From a virus, in IMG/VR virus record IMGVR_UViG_3300045988_168409: 64,000 nucleotides of DNA. One strand, written 5' to 3'. Positions 34,847-42,382 of the stretch are shown piece after piece. The position numbers and the translations under genes were made by a program. Each line of letters begins with the position of its first letter. Position 1 is the first letter of the stretch. The notes under the pieces were generated by a model. The model saw nothing but the letters and a program-made list of their open reading frames with translations. It was not told the DNA's origin and ran no database searches.

Positions 34847-35060
34847 TTTCAGCACCTCCAGACGTTTTGTTATTGTTTGCGTTTTTTTCCATAAAATCCG
34901 CCGCCGCCGCGGTAAAAACGGCGTTAGGCGTCGTTCCTGCCGAATAACACGCGCCTTTGAATTTTTCGGCGTCGTCTCGGCGCATCCGGCAACCTAATGT
35001 TGTCATATTCGCCGCATCCCATTTATTATTCGCACGGCGGCGGCTTTCGCTGACGGGCAT
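34839..35060 (-). CDS. Ribbon-helix-helix regulator heading the toxin operon
   Basis: 73 aa from ATG 35060 (AAAGGGGGTGG RBS); ...TLGCRMRRDDAEKFKGACYSAGTTPNAVFTAAAADFM. Confidence 0.55.
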   Translation of the reverse strand: MPVSESRRRANNKWDAANMTTLGCRMRRDDAEKFKGACYSAGTTPNAVFTAAAADFMEKNANNNKTSGGAENE

Positions 35061-35113
35061 TTTTCCACCCCCTTTCATGGATGATTATATCAATAATAAC
35101 GTGTACTGTCAAG

Positions 35114-35193
35114 CCGTGTAATTATACACAATTTAACAGTGCATATTTTGTTAAGTTTGCCGGCTTGAAAAACACGATTAAACCGTGTATATT
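35114..35193. promoter_or_regulatory. Divergent promoter/operator region
   Basis: Plus: TTGAAA (35165-70) -17- TATATT (35188-93). Minus: TGTG-TATAAT (-10 = 35121-26). Palindrome GTGTA-atta-TACAC 35116-35129 and half-site CCGTGTA 35183-89. Confidence 0.5.
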
Positions 35194-35240
35194 AATAATC
35201 GCAAGGGGGCAAGATCCCCAATCATGAGGAGGACGAAAAA

Positions 35241-35594
35241 ATGATTAACAAGAGACTTGAAAAACTGCAGCCGCTGCGTCACCGCGTCGCGGTGTATGTC
35301 CCCGGTACAAACGGCGTTAACACTGCCGCCGATAATGCCCGCTATGTCCAAATGGCGGCCGCGACGCTGTCGGATCTTTTCGGCGGCGCGACGGCAACGC
35401 CGGCGATCGGTTATTGGATGAGCGACGCCGCCGGCCTTGTGGAGGAAAAAACCACTATTGTTTATGCCTATGCCGCCGGAGAGGATCTCGAGCGCAAGCT
35501 GGACACCGTAATAAATTTTTGCGCCGATATGCGCGCCGATCTGCAGCAGGAGGCCGTCAGCCTTGAGATCGACGGATCCCTTTATTTTATTTAA
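35241..35594 (+). CDS. Hypothetical protein
   Basis: 117 aa, GAGGAGG RBS. Confidence 0.5.
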   Translation: MINKRLEKLQPLRHRVAVYVPGTNGVNTAADNARYVQMAAATLSDLFGGATATPAIGYWMSDAAGLVEEKTTIVYAYAAGEDLERKLDTVINFCADMRADLQQEAVSLEIDGSLYFI

Positions 35595-35608
35595 GGAGGG
35601 GCGGAAAC

Positions 35609-35794
35609 ATGAAAAACTTTTCTTGTTTGATCGACAGCGCCGAAAAGGCGCGCTATTTGCGGATCATCCGCGCCGCCGGCGCGGTGTTGCTGGACGTTGC
35701 CGGCTGCGGCGACGGCTGTTATATCACCGTACAGGCGACGCCTGCACAGGCGGAAAAAATCAACGCGGATCTTCTGCAGGGGGCGCCCGTATGA
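35609..35794 (+). CDS. Hypothetical protein
   Basis: 61 aa, AAGGAGGGG RBS. Confidence 0.45.
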   Translation: MKNFSCLIDSAEKARYLRIIRAAGAVLLDVAGCGDGCYITVQATPAQAEKINADLLQGAPV

Positions 35795-35904
35795 TCGTTT
35801 TAATTTTAGCGGCTGTCGCCGCCGTCGCCCTGGATAAAATCGCCGGAGAGATCGAATACAACCGGGCCCGCCGCCGTGACGCGCAGCGGATCCGCAACAT
35901 TTGA
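35791..35904 (+). CDS. Small membrane peptide (37 aa)
   Basis: MIVLILAAVAAVALDKIAGEIEYNRARRRDAQRIRNI; ATGA overlap with previous ORF. Confidence 0.3.
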   Translation: MIVLILAAVAAVALDKIAGEIEYNRARRRDAQRIRNI

Positions 35905-35936
35905 CAGGCGCAACGCGCCGGAAAGGATAAAATATC

Positions 35937-36752
35937 ATGACTACCCTCGAGACCATTTACCGCAACATCAACAGCGGCGCGACATACGGGCAAAACGTCC
36001 GCGGCTGCGCCGGCAATGTATATTATACGGCCCTGTCTGTCAGCGACGACGGCCGTTATATCAACTATAGCCATTATGGCTCCAGTGCTGTTGCGAACAC
36101 GCCTGAAGAACTTTGTTGGATTTTAGAAACGATATTCCGCAAGACGCCGGAGGAGTTTACCGCCGCTTATGTCCTTGAGCCCTGCGGGCGCTGGATCGAA
36201 CTGGACGACGCGGCCAAATTCGACGCCCTCAAGGCCGCCTGCAGTGCCGCCTGTGCGCTCAAGCCGGCGAACGTCCGCGCCGCCGGCGGCTGCAAGCCGG
36301 TTGAATTGATAGGGGACGCCTGGATCAGACTGGAAAGCCGTCTCCAGTCAGGAGATCCGCGCCCGCTGCGCGATCAATTATTATTTGCCGCCTTGGACGC
36401 GCTGCGGCATGAGGCCCGCGAAAACACGCACAGTATCGGCGGGAGCGCGCCGGATCTTGCGGACGCCGCCGACATAGGGCCGGCCGAAAAGGCGCACAAT
36501 GTCCGTATGAGAGGAGCGACAGCGCGGCCGATCGAGGACGCCGGAGAGATCCGCGACGCGATCAACGCCGCCGCCGGGGACGATATAGACGCCGCAATCA
36601 TCCGCGGGGCCGCCGCAGGGTACACAAGCGACGATATAGGCGCGGTTATTGGCATGAGCGGGCAAGCCGTCCGCAAACGGCTTAGCGCCATACGGGCGCG
36701 TATAGCAGCGTACAGGGGCGACACAGGCGCGGCAATGCACGCATACCGGTGA
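35937..36752 (+). CDS. Protein with C-terminal sigma-70 region-4-like HTH
   Basis: 271 aa; ...AAGYTSDDIGAVIGMSGQAVRKRLSAIRARIAAY. Confidence 0.5.
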   Translation: MTTLETIYRNINSGATYGQNVRGCAGNVYYTALSVSDDGRYINYSHYGSSAVANTPEELCWILETIFRKTPEEFTAAYVLEPCGRWIELDDAAKFDALKAACSAACALKPANVRAAGGCKPVELIGDAWIRLESRLQSGDPRPLRDQLLFAALDALRHEARENTHSIGGSAPDLADAADIGPAEKAHNVRMRGATARPIEDAGEIRDAINAAAGDDIDAAIIRGAAAGYTSDDIGAVIGMSGQAVRKRLSAIRARIAAYRGDTGAAMHAYR

Positions 36753-36969
36753 GACGGCAAAACGGCGCTAAGCGCCAATACAAGCGAATACAGAGGGAAA
36801 CAGCAGCCCGGGGCACATGCCGCGGGTTGCTTTTATATTATTGGGCGCGCTGCTGCGCTTATGGGCCGCAGCTATGCCGGATCTATATGCCGCATATGCC
36901 GCCGCCTCCAGCGTCCAGTGCTTAGGGCACAGGGGCGACGGCGCGCCGCTTTTCGTCTGTGTCGTCGTC

Positions 36970-37108
36970 CTTTTTCTTCTTTGCTTGTTTCTTCTTTTTA
37001 TAAGTTATTTATATAGCTATAAGTATTTATCACTATATATATAATTATATATCTATATATATATATATATTTATGTATTTATATCTCTATCTATCTATCT
37101 ATATATAG
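36970..37108. repeat. AT-rich low-complexity block with (TA)n and (CTAT)4 microsatellites
   Basis: (TA) run 37054-37070; CTATCTATCTATCTAT 37087-37102; embedded in ~60% GC DNA. Confidence 0.9.
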
Positions 37109-37314
37109 CCCCCCTGTCGCCGCTTGCGGCGGCTGCTGCGCCTATACAGATAGGAACACAAGCGCCCGCCGATCCGATCAAACAACCGCAACGCCCGGCG
37201 CATAGCAACAGAATAAAGGCGACAGCCGGGGCAAAAAAGGGGTGTGAAAAATGAAAAACCGTTCACGCGTGCATGAAAATCAATCATCCGTCGCCCGCCT
37301 GGACGGGCAAAAGC

Positions 37315-37336
37315 AAGGCCGCTGGAGCGGCCTTTT
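37315..37336 (+). terminator. Terminator-like hairpin
   Basis: AAGGCCGC-TGGA-GCGGCCTT + TTTT. Confidence 0.55.
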
Positions 37337-37471
37337 AACTGCTCTTAATATCAATTAAGACATGTTTAAAGCCCCCCCTACTTTCAAAATTGAACGCTAA
37401 AAACCGGTTGCGTAACCCCGCGCGGCACTTCCTCCACCCCAACCATTCAGCCCACATCAATAATAAAAAGG

Positions 37472-37514
37472 AGTCCTGGCTAACGTTCTCATTGAGCGTT
37501 TCCGGGACTTTTTT
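37472..37514 (+). terminator. Terminator-like long hairpin with T6
   Basis: AGTCCTGG...CCGGGACT with inner AACG/CGTT pairs, then TTTTTT; no protein gene upstream on this strand. Confidence 0.4.
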
Positions 37515-37570
37515 CATACATAATTACGGGTAAAGCCGTTGCTGGGATACTTTAATATTTCAAGTAGACT

Positions 37571-37601
37571 GGTTGCAATTTAAGGCTGTGATTGCCATAT
37601 A
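37571..37601 (+). promoter_or_regulatory. Conserved promoter-like element (copy 8 of 9)
   Basis: GG TTGCAA tttaaggctgtgattgc CATATA GGG, directly before AGGAGG and ORF 37611. Confidence 0.6.
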
Positions 37602-37610
37602 GGGCAGGAG

Positions 37611-37883
37611 GTGATGACGGCTATGTTTATTTTAGCCGCCCAGGTTGAGGTAGAGAACTACACTGGGGCGTGCGATATCAGTGGTGAGCACGGTGCTGGT
37701 GGGTTGTTGGTCCCTTGCGGCATCGAGGTTCAGCGGAGCGGTGACAGATGCTTAATTCTGTTAAGGGACGCTTCAGGCGTTATTTTTGGAAAGATTACTG
37801 GCGTAAAGCGGAGCAACCTCCGGGAGGAACCCGAAGGGTGGCTGCATCGGGATCGAAGCATACCTGATGATAAGGCGCGGTAA
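37611..37883 (+). CDS. Hypothetical ORF in the same frame as the methyltransferase, ended by a single TAA
   Basis: 90 aa (GTG 37611/ATG 37614/ATG 37623); no recognisable motif; TAA 37881-83. Confidence 0.35.
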   Translation: MMTAMFILAAQVEVENYTGACDISGEHGAGGLLVPCGIEVQRSGDRCLILLRDASGVIFGKITGVKRSNLREEPEGWLHRDRSIPDDKAR

Positions 37884-39473
37884 TGCTGATGGCATTCTGA
37901 AAGAGAGGCGATTTTCATTAAACACTTAGGAGATATCACGAAGATCAACGGCGCGGAGATCGCGCCTGTCTGGTGCATCACCGGCGGGAGTCCGTGCCAA
38001 GACCTTAGCATCGCCGGGAAACGTGCGGGTCTTGCCGGCGCTCGTTCCGGCTTGTACATGGAACAGATACGAATCGTCAAGGAGTTGAGAGAGCATGACA
38101 GAAGCATTGGACGGACAGGTGAGCTTGTTCGACCTCGGTATATGGTCTGGGAAAATGTGCCCGGAGCGTTCAGCAGCAACTTCAAGGATGGATTCGGAGA
38201 CTTCGGAGCCGTGCTGGAAGAAGCTGTACGCATCGCAGAACCGGGATTTTCTCTTCCTCGACTGCCGGACAAGCAGAAGTGGACGAAAGCCGGAGGAATG
38301 CTCGGTGACGGATGGAGCGTCGCATGGAGAACGCATGACGCCCAATACTGGGGAGTTCCACAGCGCAGACGGCGTATCAGCATGGTGGTCGATTTTAACG
38401 GATCCACTGCAGGGGATATCCTCTTTGAACGTTTCGGAGGAGCCGAATCTTCTGGTGTACACGAAGTTGTCGCAGATTCTGGAAGAGCGTCCGGACCCGA
38501 AGTACAACCTGACGCCGAAAGCGTGCGCCGGGATCCTCCGGAGGGCGGAACGGCGCGGGAAGAAACTGCCGGAGGCGCTGAAAACTGTTCTGCTTATGCA
38601 GTCCGCATCCGGGGGGGATGTGACGGCGGAGGAAAAGGCGCGTTAGTTCAGACGGAGAAGAGCGGGACGCTTGGAACCGGAAACGACCAGACGATCTTCT
38701 GCCTACAGGGCAACGGAATAGACCGTGCCGATACCGCCGGATGCAATGGCAAGGGATGGAAAGAGGATATAAGCTACACCCTCAATACGATTGACCGACC
38801 GGCGGTTTGCGCAGCCACAGTGCTGGACATGTCACACGCATGTGACGTTATCCGGGATTGCGGCGGCATATCTCCATCATTGCAAGCGAGAATGGGAACC
38901 GGCGGGAATCAAATCCCTCTTACATATTCGCTTCAACGAACAGATGCCTATCGTCAAAGCAATGTAGGCTGCACATGTTCTGCCAGAGATTACAAGTCAG
39001 CAACGGATCTTGTAATCAGCATCGACGACGAGAAAAACGCTTACATAGACCAATTCGGCACGTTGAAAGCCCATGCGAGCGGCGGGACACAACAGCACGT
39101 TATGGAGCGCATGGTCGTTCGTCGGCTTACCCCATTGGAATGGACACGACTTCAAGGGTATCCGGACGGATGGGTCGGTATCGGCGACTGGACAGACGAG
39201 AAAGGCCGTGTACACAAGGAAGCGGACGCGCCGAAGTACAAGGCGCTCGGCAACTCCATCGCGCTCCCATTCTGGCGCTGGATGTTCGGTAGAATGGCGG
39301 CGTATCTTCCGGAGGGCGCGACGCTTGGTAGCCTGTTTGATGGGATCGGCGGCTTCCCGCTCTGCTGGGAAAGCATCCACGGAAAAGGAACGGCGGTATG
39401 GGCTTCGGAGATCGAGCCGTTTGCCATCGCCGTAACAAAGCATCATTTCGGAGGTAACTCAGATGTCGGATAA
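37884..39473 (+). CDS. C5 cytosine DNA methyltransferase, circularly permuted (motifs IV-X then I-II); start codon unresolved
   Basis: GGSPCQDLS (PCQ 37992-38000), ENVPG (38151-), QRRRR (38361-75), GNS (39249-57), then in frame TLGSLFDGIGGF...VWASEIEP...VTKHHF (39321-39449); frame open from 37884, first ATG/GTG/TTG is TTG 38052, downstream of the catalytic Cys. Confidence 0.7.
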
Positions 39474-39987
39474 AACAAAACTTCCTTACGGTCGGCTTAC
39501 TTTCGATGGCAACTTCTGCGACATTGCCAAATGCCGCGAAGAGCGCTGGGGCAAATACTGCCCGGACGGCGCGTGCAGCCAGCGCAAGGTGTGGGAGCGG
39601 CTGAAAGAGTACGAGGATACTACAATGTCCCCGACCGACGTGCAGGAATACAAAAAGTTCGAGGACGAGCTTATTGCCTCCGGGATGACTTTTAACGAAT
39701 TGCTCGCAAGGGCCAGTACAGAACTGCGCTTCACGAGCGTGAAAGATCGGCTTCCGAGCAAAGACTGCCGCTGCCTCTGCGCGCAGGAATCTATGCTTAA
39801 AAGCGGCTACGTTTATTACGAGCAGTTGTATTACCACGCGAGTTCGTTTGTGAACTCTTGGGAAGAAGAGGCGACGCCCGGCTTCTATGGGGATGGAGAA
39901 GACTTCGAGTACCTTGTGGAGGACGTTCTACTGTGGGCAGAGCTTCCCGACAATATCAACACACTCGTTTTGGAGGCCGAACCATGA
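39463..39987 (+). CDS. DUF551-like protein
   Basis: 174 aa; ...FTSVKDRLPSKD... ...WAELPD. Confidence 0.5.
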   Translation: MSDKTKLPYGRLTFDGNFCDIAKCREERWGKYCPDGACSQRKVWERLKEYEDTTMSPTDVQEYKKFEDELIASGMTFNELLARASTELRFTSVKDRLPSKDCRCLCAQESMLKSGYVYYEQLYYHASSFVNSWEEEATPGFYGDGEDFEYLVEDVLLWAELPDNINTLVLEAEP

Positions 39988-40142
39988 CAAGAAAGGATTT
40001 TTCCACGATCCAGCGCATGCTCGGCAAGATTCAGGGAATTTCGCTTGGAACAGGAGCCGACGTAGAGGGTGCGCTCCTCGACGCAGTGGAAACAATCGAC
40101 GCGGTTCTTGACCGAGAAATTTTGACGGAGGATGAAAAATGA
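39984..40142 (+). CDS. Small hypothetical protein
   Basis: 52 aa from ATG 39984, ATGA overlaps on both sides. Confidence 0.4.
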   Translation: MTRKDFSTIQRMLGKIQGISLGTGADVEGALLDAVETIDAVLDREILTEDEK

Positions 40143-40294
40143 ACGAAAAACAGGAAAAGAAGCGCCGGTACAATCTGCGCCTTGAGTACATCGCGCATTT
40201 CAACAAGTGGCTGGACAGCGAGCCGCCCCGGTGGCGCTTTATCCGCTGGCGCAAGTGGAAGAAAAGCCGCCCAGTATGGGAGGACGCGGCATGA
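40139..40294 (+). CDS. Small basic hypothetical protein
   Basis: 51 aa, not in track; MNEKQEKKRRYNLRLEYIAHFNKWLDSEPPRWRFIRWRKWKKSRPVWEDAA. Confidence 0.35.
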   Translation: MNEKQEKKRRYNLRLEYIAHFNKWLDSEPPRWRFIRWRKWKKSRPVWEDAA

Positions 40295-40611
40295 CCTACG
40301 AAGAAGCAAAACGAATCCTTCACCCGGACACTACGCGGGAAGCCCTTGCCGAGATCGGGTTCAAAGGCAAGGAGAAATTGCAGGAGGCGGTAGACGAGGC
40401 TTGCCTTATGGCGTGTGAGGCGCTGGACAAGCAGATACCGGAGCCACCGGTTGTGTTAAACCAAAAAGACTCTAAGCACTTTAAGCACTTTTGCTGCATG
40501 GCTTGTGGAACGAGATTTGTGTCCGAAATTAATGGGGAGCTCTGTGCTGGGAGAAAAACCCGCTTCTGCCCCGATTGCGGACAGGCGATTGATTGGGAGG
40601 AACGGAAATGA
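40291..40611 (+). CDS. Zinc-ribbon hypothetical protein
   Basis: 106 aa from ATG 40291; CCMACG...FCPDCG. Confidence 0.45.
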   Translation: MTYEEAKRILHPDTTREALAEIGFKGKEKLQEAVDEACLMACEALDKQIPEPPVVLNQKDSKHFKHFCCMACGTRFVSEINGELCAGRKTRFCPDCGQAIDWEERK

Positions 40612-40787
40612 TGAAACTTATCCCGTGCCCAACCTGTGGTGGGACAACGCTGGCACTGTATCGCGCCGATGGAAATAGAAAGTTTTACATTGAGTGCCTC
40701 CGATGTCATCGGCGCGGCAAGACAAAAATGTTCGAGTTTAGAGCCATAAGAGCGTGGAACAGGAGGGATGACAATGGAGGAGCTTAA
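40608..40787 (+). CDS. Lar-family restriction-alleviation-like protein
   Basis: 59 aa; MMKLIPCPTCGG...ECLRC...AIRAWNRR. Confidence 0.55.
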   Translation: MMKLIPCPTCGGTTLALYRADGNRKFYIECLRCHRRGKTKMFEFRAIRAWNRRDDNGGA

Positions 40788-41007
40788 ACCTTGCCCGTTC
40801 TGCGGGAAACCCGTGTCGATTGTCTACAACTCACTTGACAGGGTGTTCAAAGTTTATCACACATACGGCGATGACGAATACAACTGCTGCATCATCGACC
40901 CGATACCGATTGATGCAGTGTCACTCAAAGATGCGTCTGATGCATGGAACAGGAGGTATAACAATGAATGTTGTGGAAAAGGCGTCAAGAAAAATGCGGT
41001 TGATTGA
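40774..41007 (+). CDS. Lar-family restriction-alleviation-like protein (second copy)
   Basis: 77 aa; MEELKPCPFCGK...ASDAWNRR. Confidence 0.55.
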   Translation: MEELKPCPFCGKPVSIVYNSLDRVFKVYHTYGDDEYNCCIIDPIPIDAVSLKDASDAWNRRYNNECCGKGVKKNAVD

Positions 41008-41635
41008 CGCAAACGCACTCATAAAAGAGGCTAATGCCGAGGGCGCTTATGGCTATGTAGATGCAGAGCAAATTGCAAATGCTCCCACTATTGATTTCGA
41101 AAAAATCTCAGATGGATACCACACTTTCGCAGACTTGTATGAACAAAGGCTTATTTTGTCTGCCGCTCTTGCCAAAAACAATCCGCATGCATGGAAAAGC
41201 AAGCGGCATGAGGACGGCAGCGTTCCTTTCGGCGGGGGATGGTTCATTATGGGCTTTGATACCGACGAAGGATGTTATACATACCACTATGAGCTGAAAG
41301 ACTGGGATCTGTTTCAGTGCAAAGAATTAGACAAGGGAAAGCCGTGGGATGGTCACACGTCAAAGGATGTCCGTAGATTGCTTTCAATTCCTGCCGCCGT
41401 CTCTGTCCCGCAATGGATCAGCGTCAAGGACAGACTTCCGGAAAATGGCGAGCACGTCCTCATCTGGTACGAATACTACCGCTATGGCTCTTATAACCGG
41501 ATGTATACGACCTACGAGATCGCCTACCAGTATAATGGCCATTGGACAGGTGCGGGGGATTCACTGGGGCAGAAAGCGCGTGTGTTTGCGTGGATGCCGC
41601 TTCCCGAACCGCCGAAAGGAGAAAAGGATGGCTAA
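40964..41635 (+). CDS. DUF551-like protein
   Basis: 223 aa from ATG 40964 (AGGAGG RBS); ...WISVKDRLPENGEHVLIW... ...WMPLPEPP. Confidence 0.5.
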   Translation: MNVVEKASRKMRLIDANALIKEANAEGAYGYVDAEQIANAPTIDFEKISDGYHTFADLYEQRLILSAALAKNNPHAWKSKRHEDGSVPFGGGWFIMGFDTDEGCYTYHYELKDWDLFQCKELDKGKPWDGHTSKDVRRLLSIPAAVSVPQWISVKDRLPENGEHVLIWYEYYRYGSYNRMYTTYEIAYQYNGHWTGAGDSLGQKARVFAWMPLPEPPKGEKDG

Positions 41636-41864
41636 AAGGTTCTTCCATTGCTGCCTGGATGTGCGGGGCGGCATTAGAAACGCGAAAGACCTGAAAGGAT
41701 GCATAACGGTAGACGGTCACACGCTGTTCACGGTGAAAGAAGTCAAATCATTTTTGCAGGATCATCTTAATGCCGGACATGAAGTTTTGCCGATGGGAGA
41801 CTGCGACAATTTCGACTATAAAACTGGCTGCCGTGGCCATTATGTGGAGGACGGTGCGGAATGA
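41628..41864 (+). CDS. Hypothetical protein
   Basis: 78 aa from ATG 41628. Confidence 0.45.
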   Translation: MAKRFFHCCLDVRGGIRNAKDLKGCITVDGHTLFTVKEVKSFLQDHLNAGHEVLPMGDCDNFDYKTGCRGHYVEDGAE

Positions 41865-41983
41865 ACGACTGTGAATCCTGCATCCACTACCCACCGAGCG
41901 CTTCGGACGGAAAGCCCTGCTGCTTCTGCGATCCGATCGACCCGCTGCTGAATTGCCATCAGAGAAAGGATGACACAGAATGA
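41861..41983 (+). CDS. Small Cys-rich peptide
   Basis: 40 aa, not in track; MNDCESCIHYPP...CCFCDP. Confidence 0.3.
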   Translation: MNDCESCIHYPPSASDGKPCCFCDPIDPLLNCHQRKDDTE

Positions 41984-42171
41984 ACAAAGAGCGGAAACGT
42001 GTGTGCTGCAACTGCGGCAACTGCATCAGATATCCAACAAAGGACGGAATCCGGTGTCGGTGCGCAATAGACGGTCGTCACATTGGCTATTTGCAGTGCT
42101 TTGAACACTGGTGCAGACGGTGGAAAAGAGAAAGAAAGTGGGACGGTGAAGAAAATGGAAAGAACGCTTGA
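41980..42171 (+). CDS. Cys-rich hypothetical protein
   Basis: 63 aa; CCNCGNC... Confidence 0.4.
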   Translation: MNKERKRVCCNCGNCIRYPTKDGIRCRCAIDGRHIGYLQCFEHWCRRWKRERKWDGEENGKNA

Positions 42172-42325
42172 TTTGCCAAACAATGCCGTAGCAATGACGG
42201 TTTCTGTGTTGCGCGATGACGGCACTTGTTTTAATCTCGGCATAAAATGCTTCGGAACATCGGAGTTGCAGAGTGGCAAAATACTCCGATTTACCGACGA
42301 CAAAGGAGGCGGCAGCGATGCATAA
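42155..42325 (+). CDS. Small hypothetical protein
   Basis: 56 aa from ATG 42155. Confidence 0.35.
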   Translation: MERTLDLPNNAVAMTVSVLRDDGTCFNLGIKCFGTSELQSGKILRFTDDKGGGSDA

Positions 42326-42382
42326 ACCCTGCTACGGCAAATGCCATCGCTGCGTGTGGCGGTGGAATGGGGGGTGTTCGGA

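Noticed and set aside
36817-37044. 75-aa hydrophobic ORF running into the AT microsatellite, and ORF 37335-37517
   Set aside because: There is no RBS, the composition is driven by T/TA-rich low-complexity DNA, and the 37335-37517 ORF is antisense to a terminator-like hairpin.
37611-37883. Upstream ORF as the missing N-terminal (motif I/II) part of the methyltransferase
   Set aside because: Its translation has no FxGxG or E/D-x-D/E motif in any frame. Motifs I and II are found instead at 39321-39449, at the C-terminus of the same reading frame.
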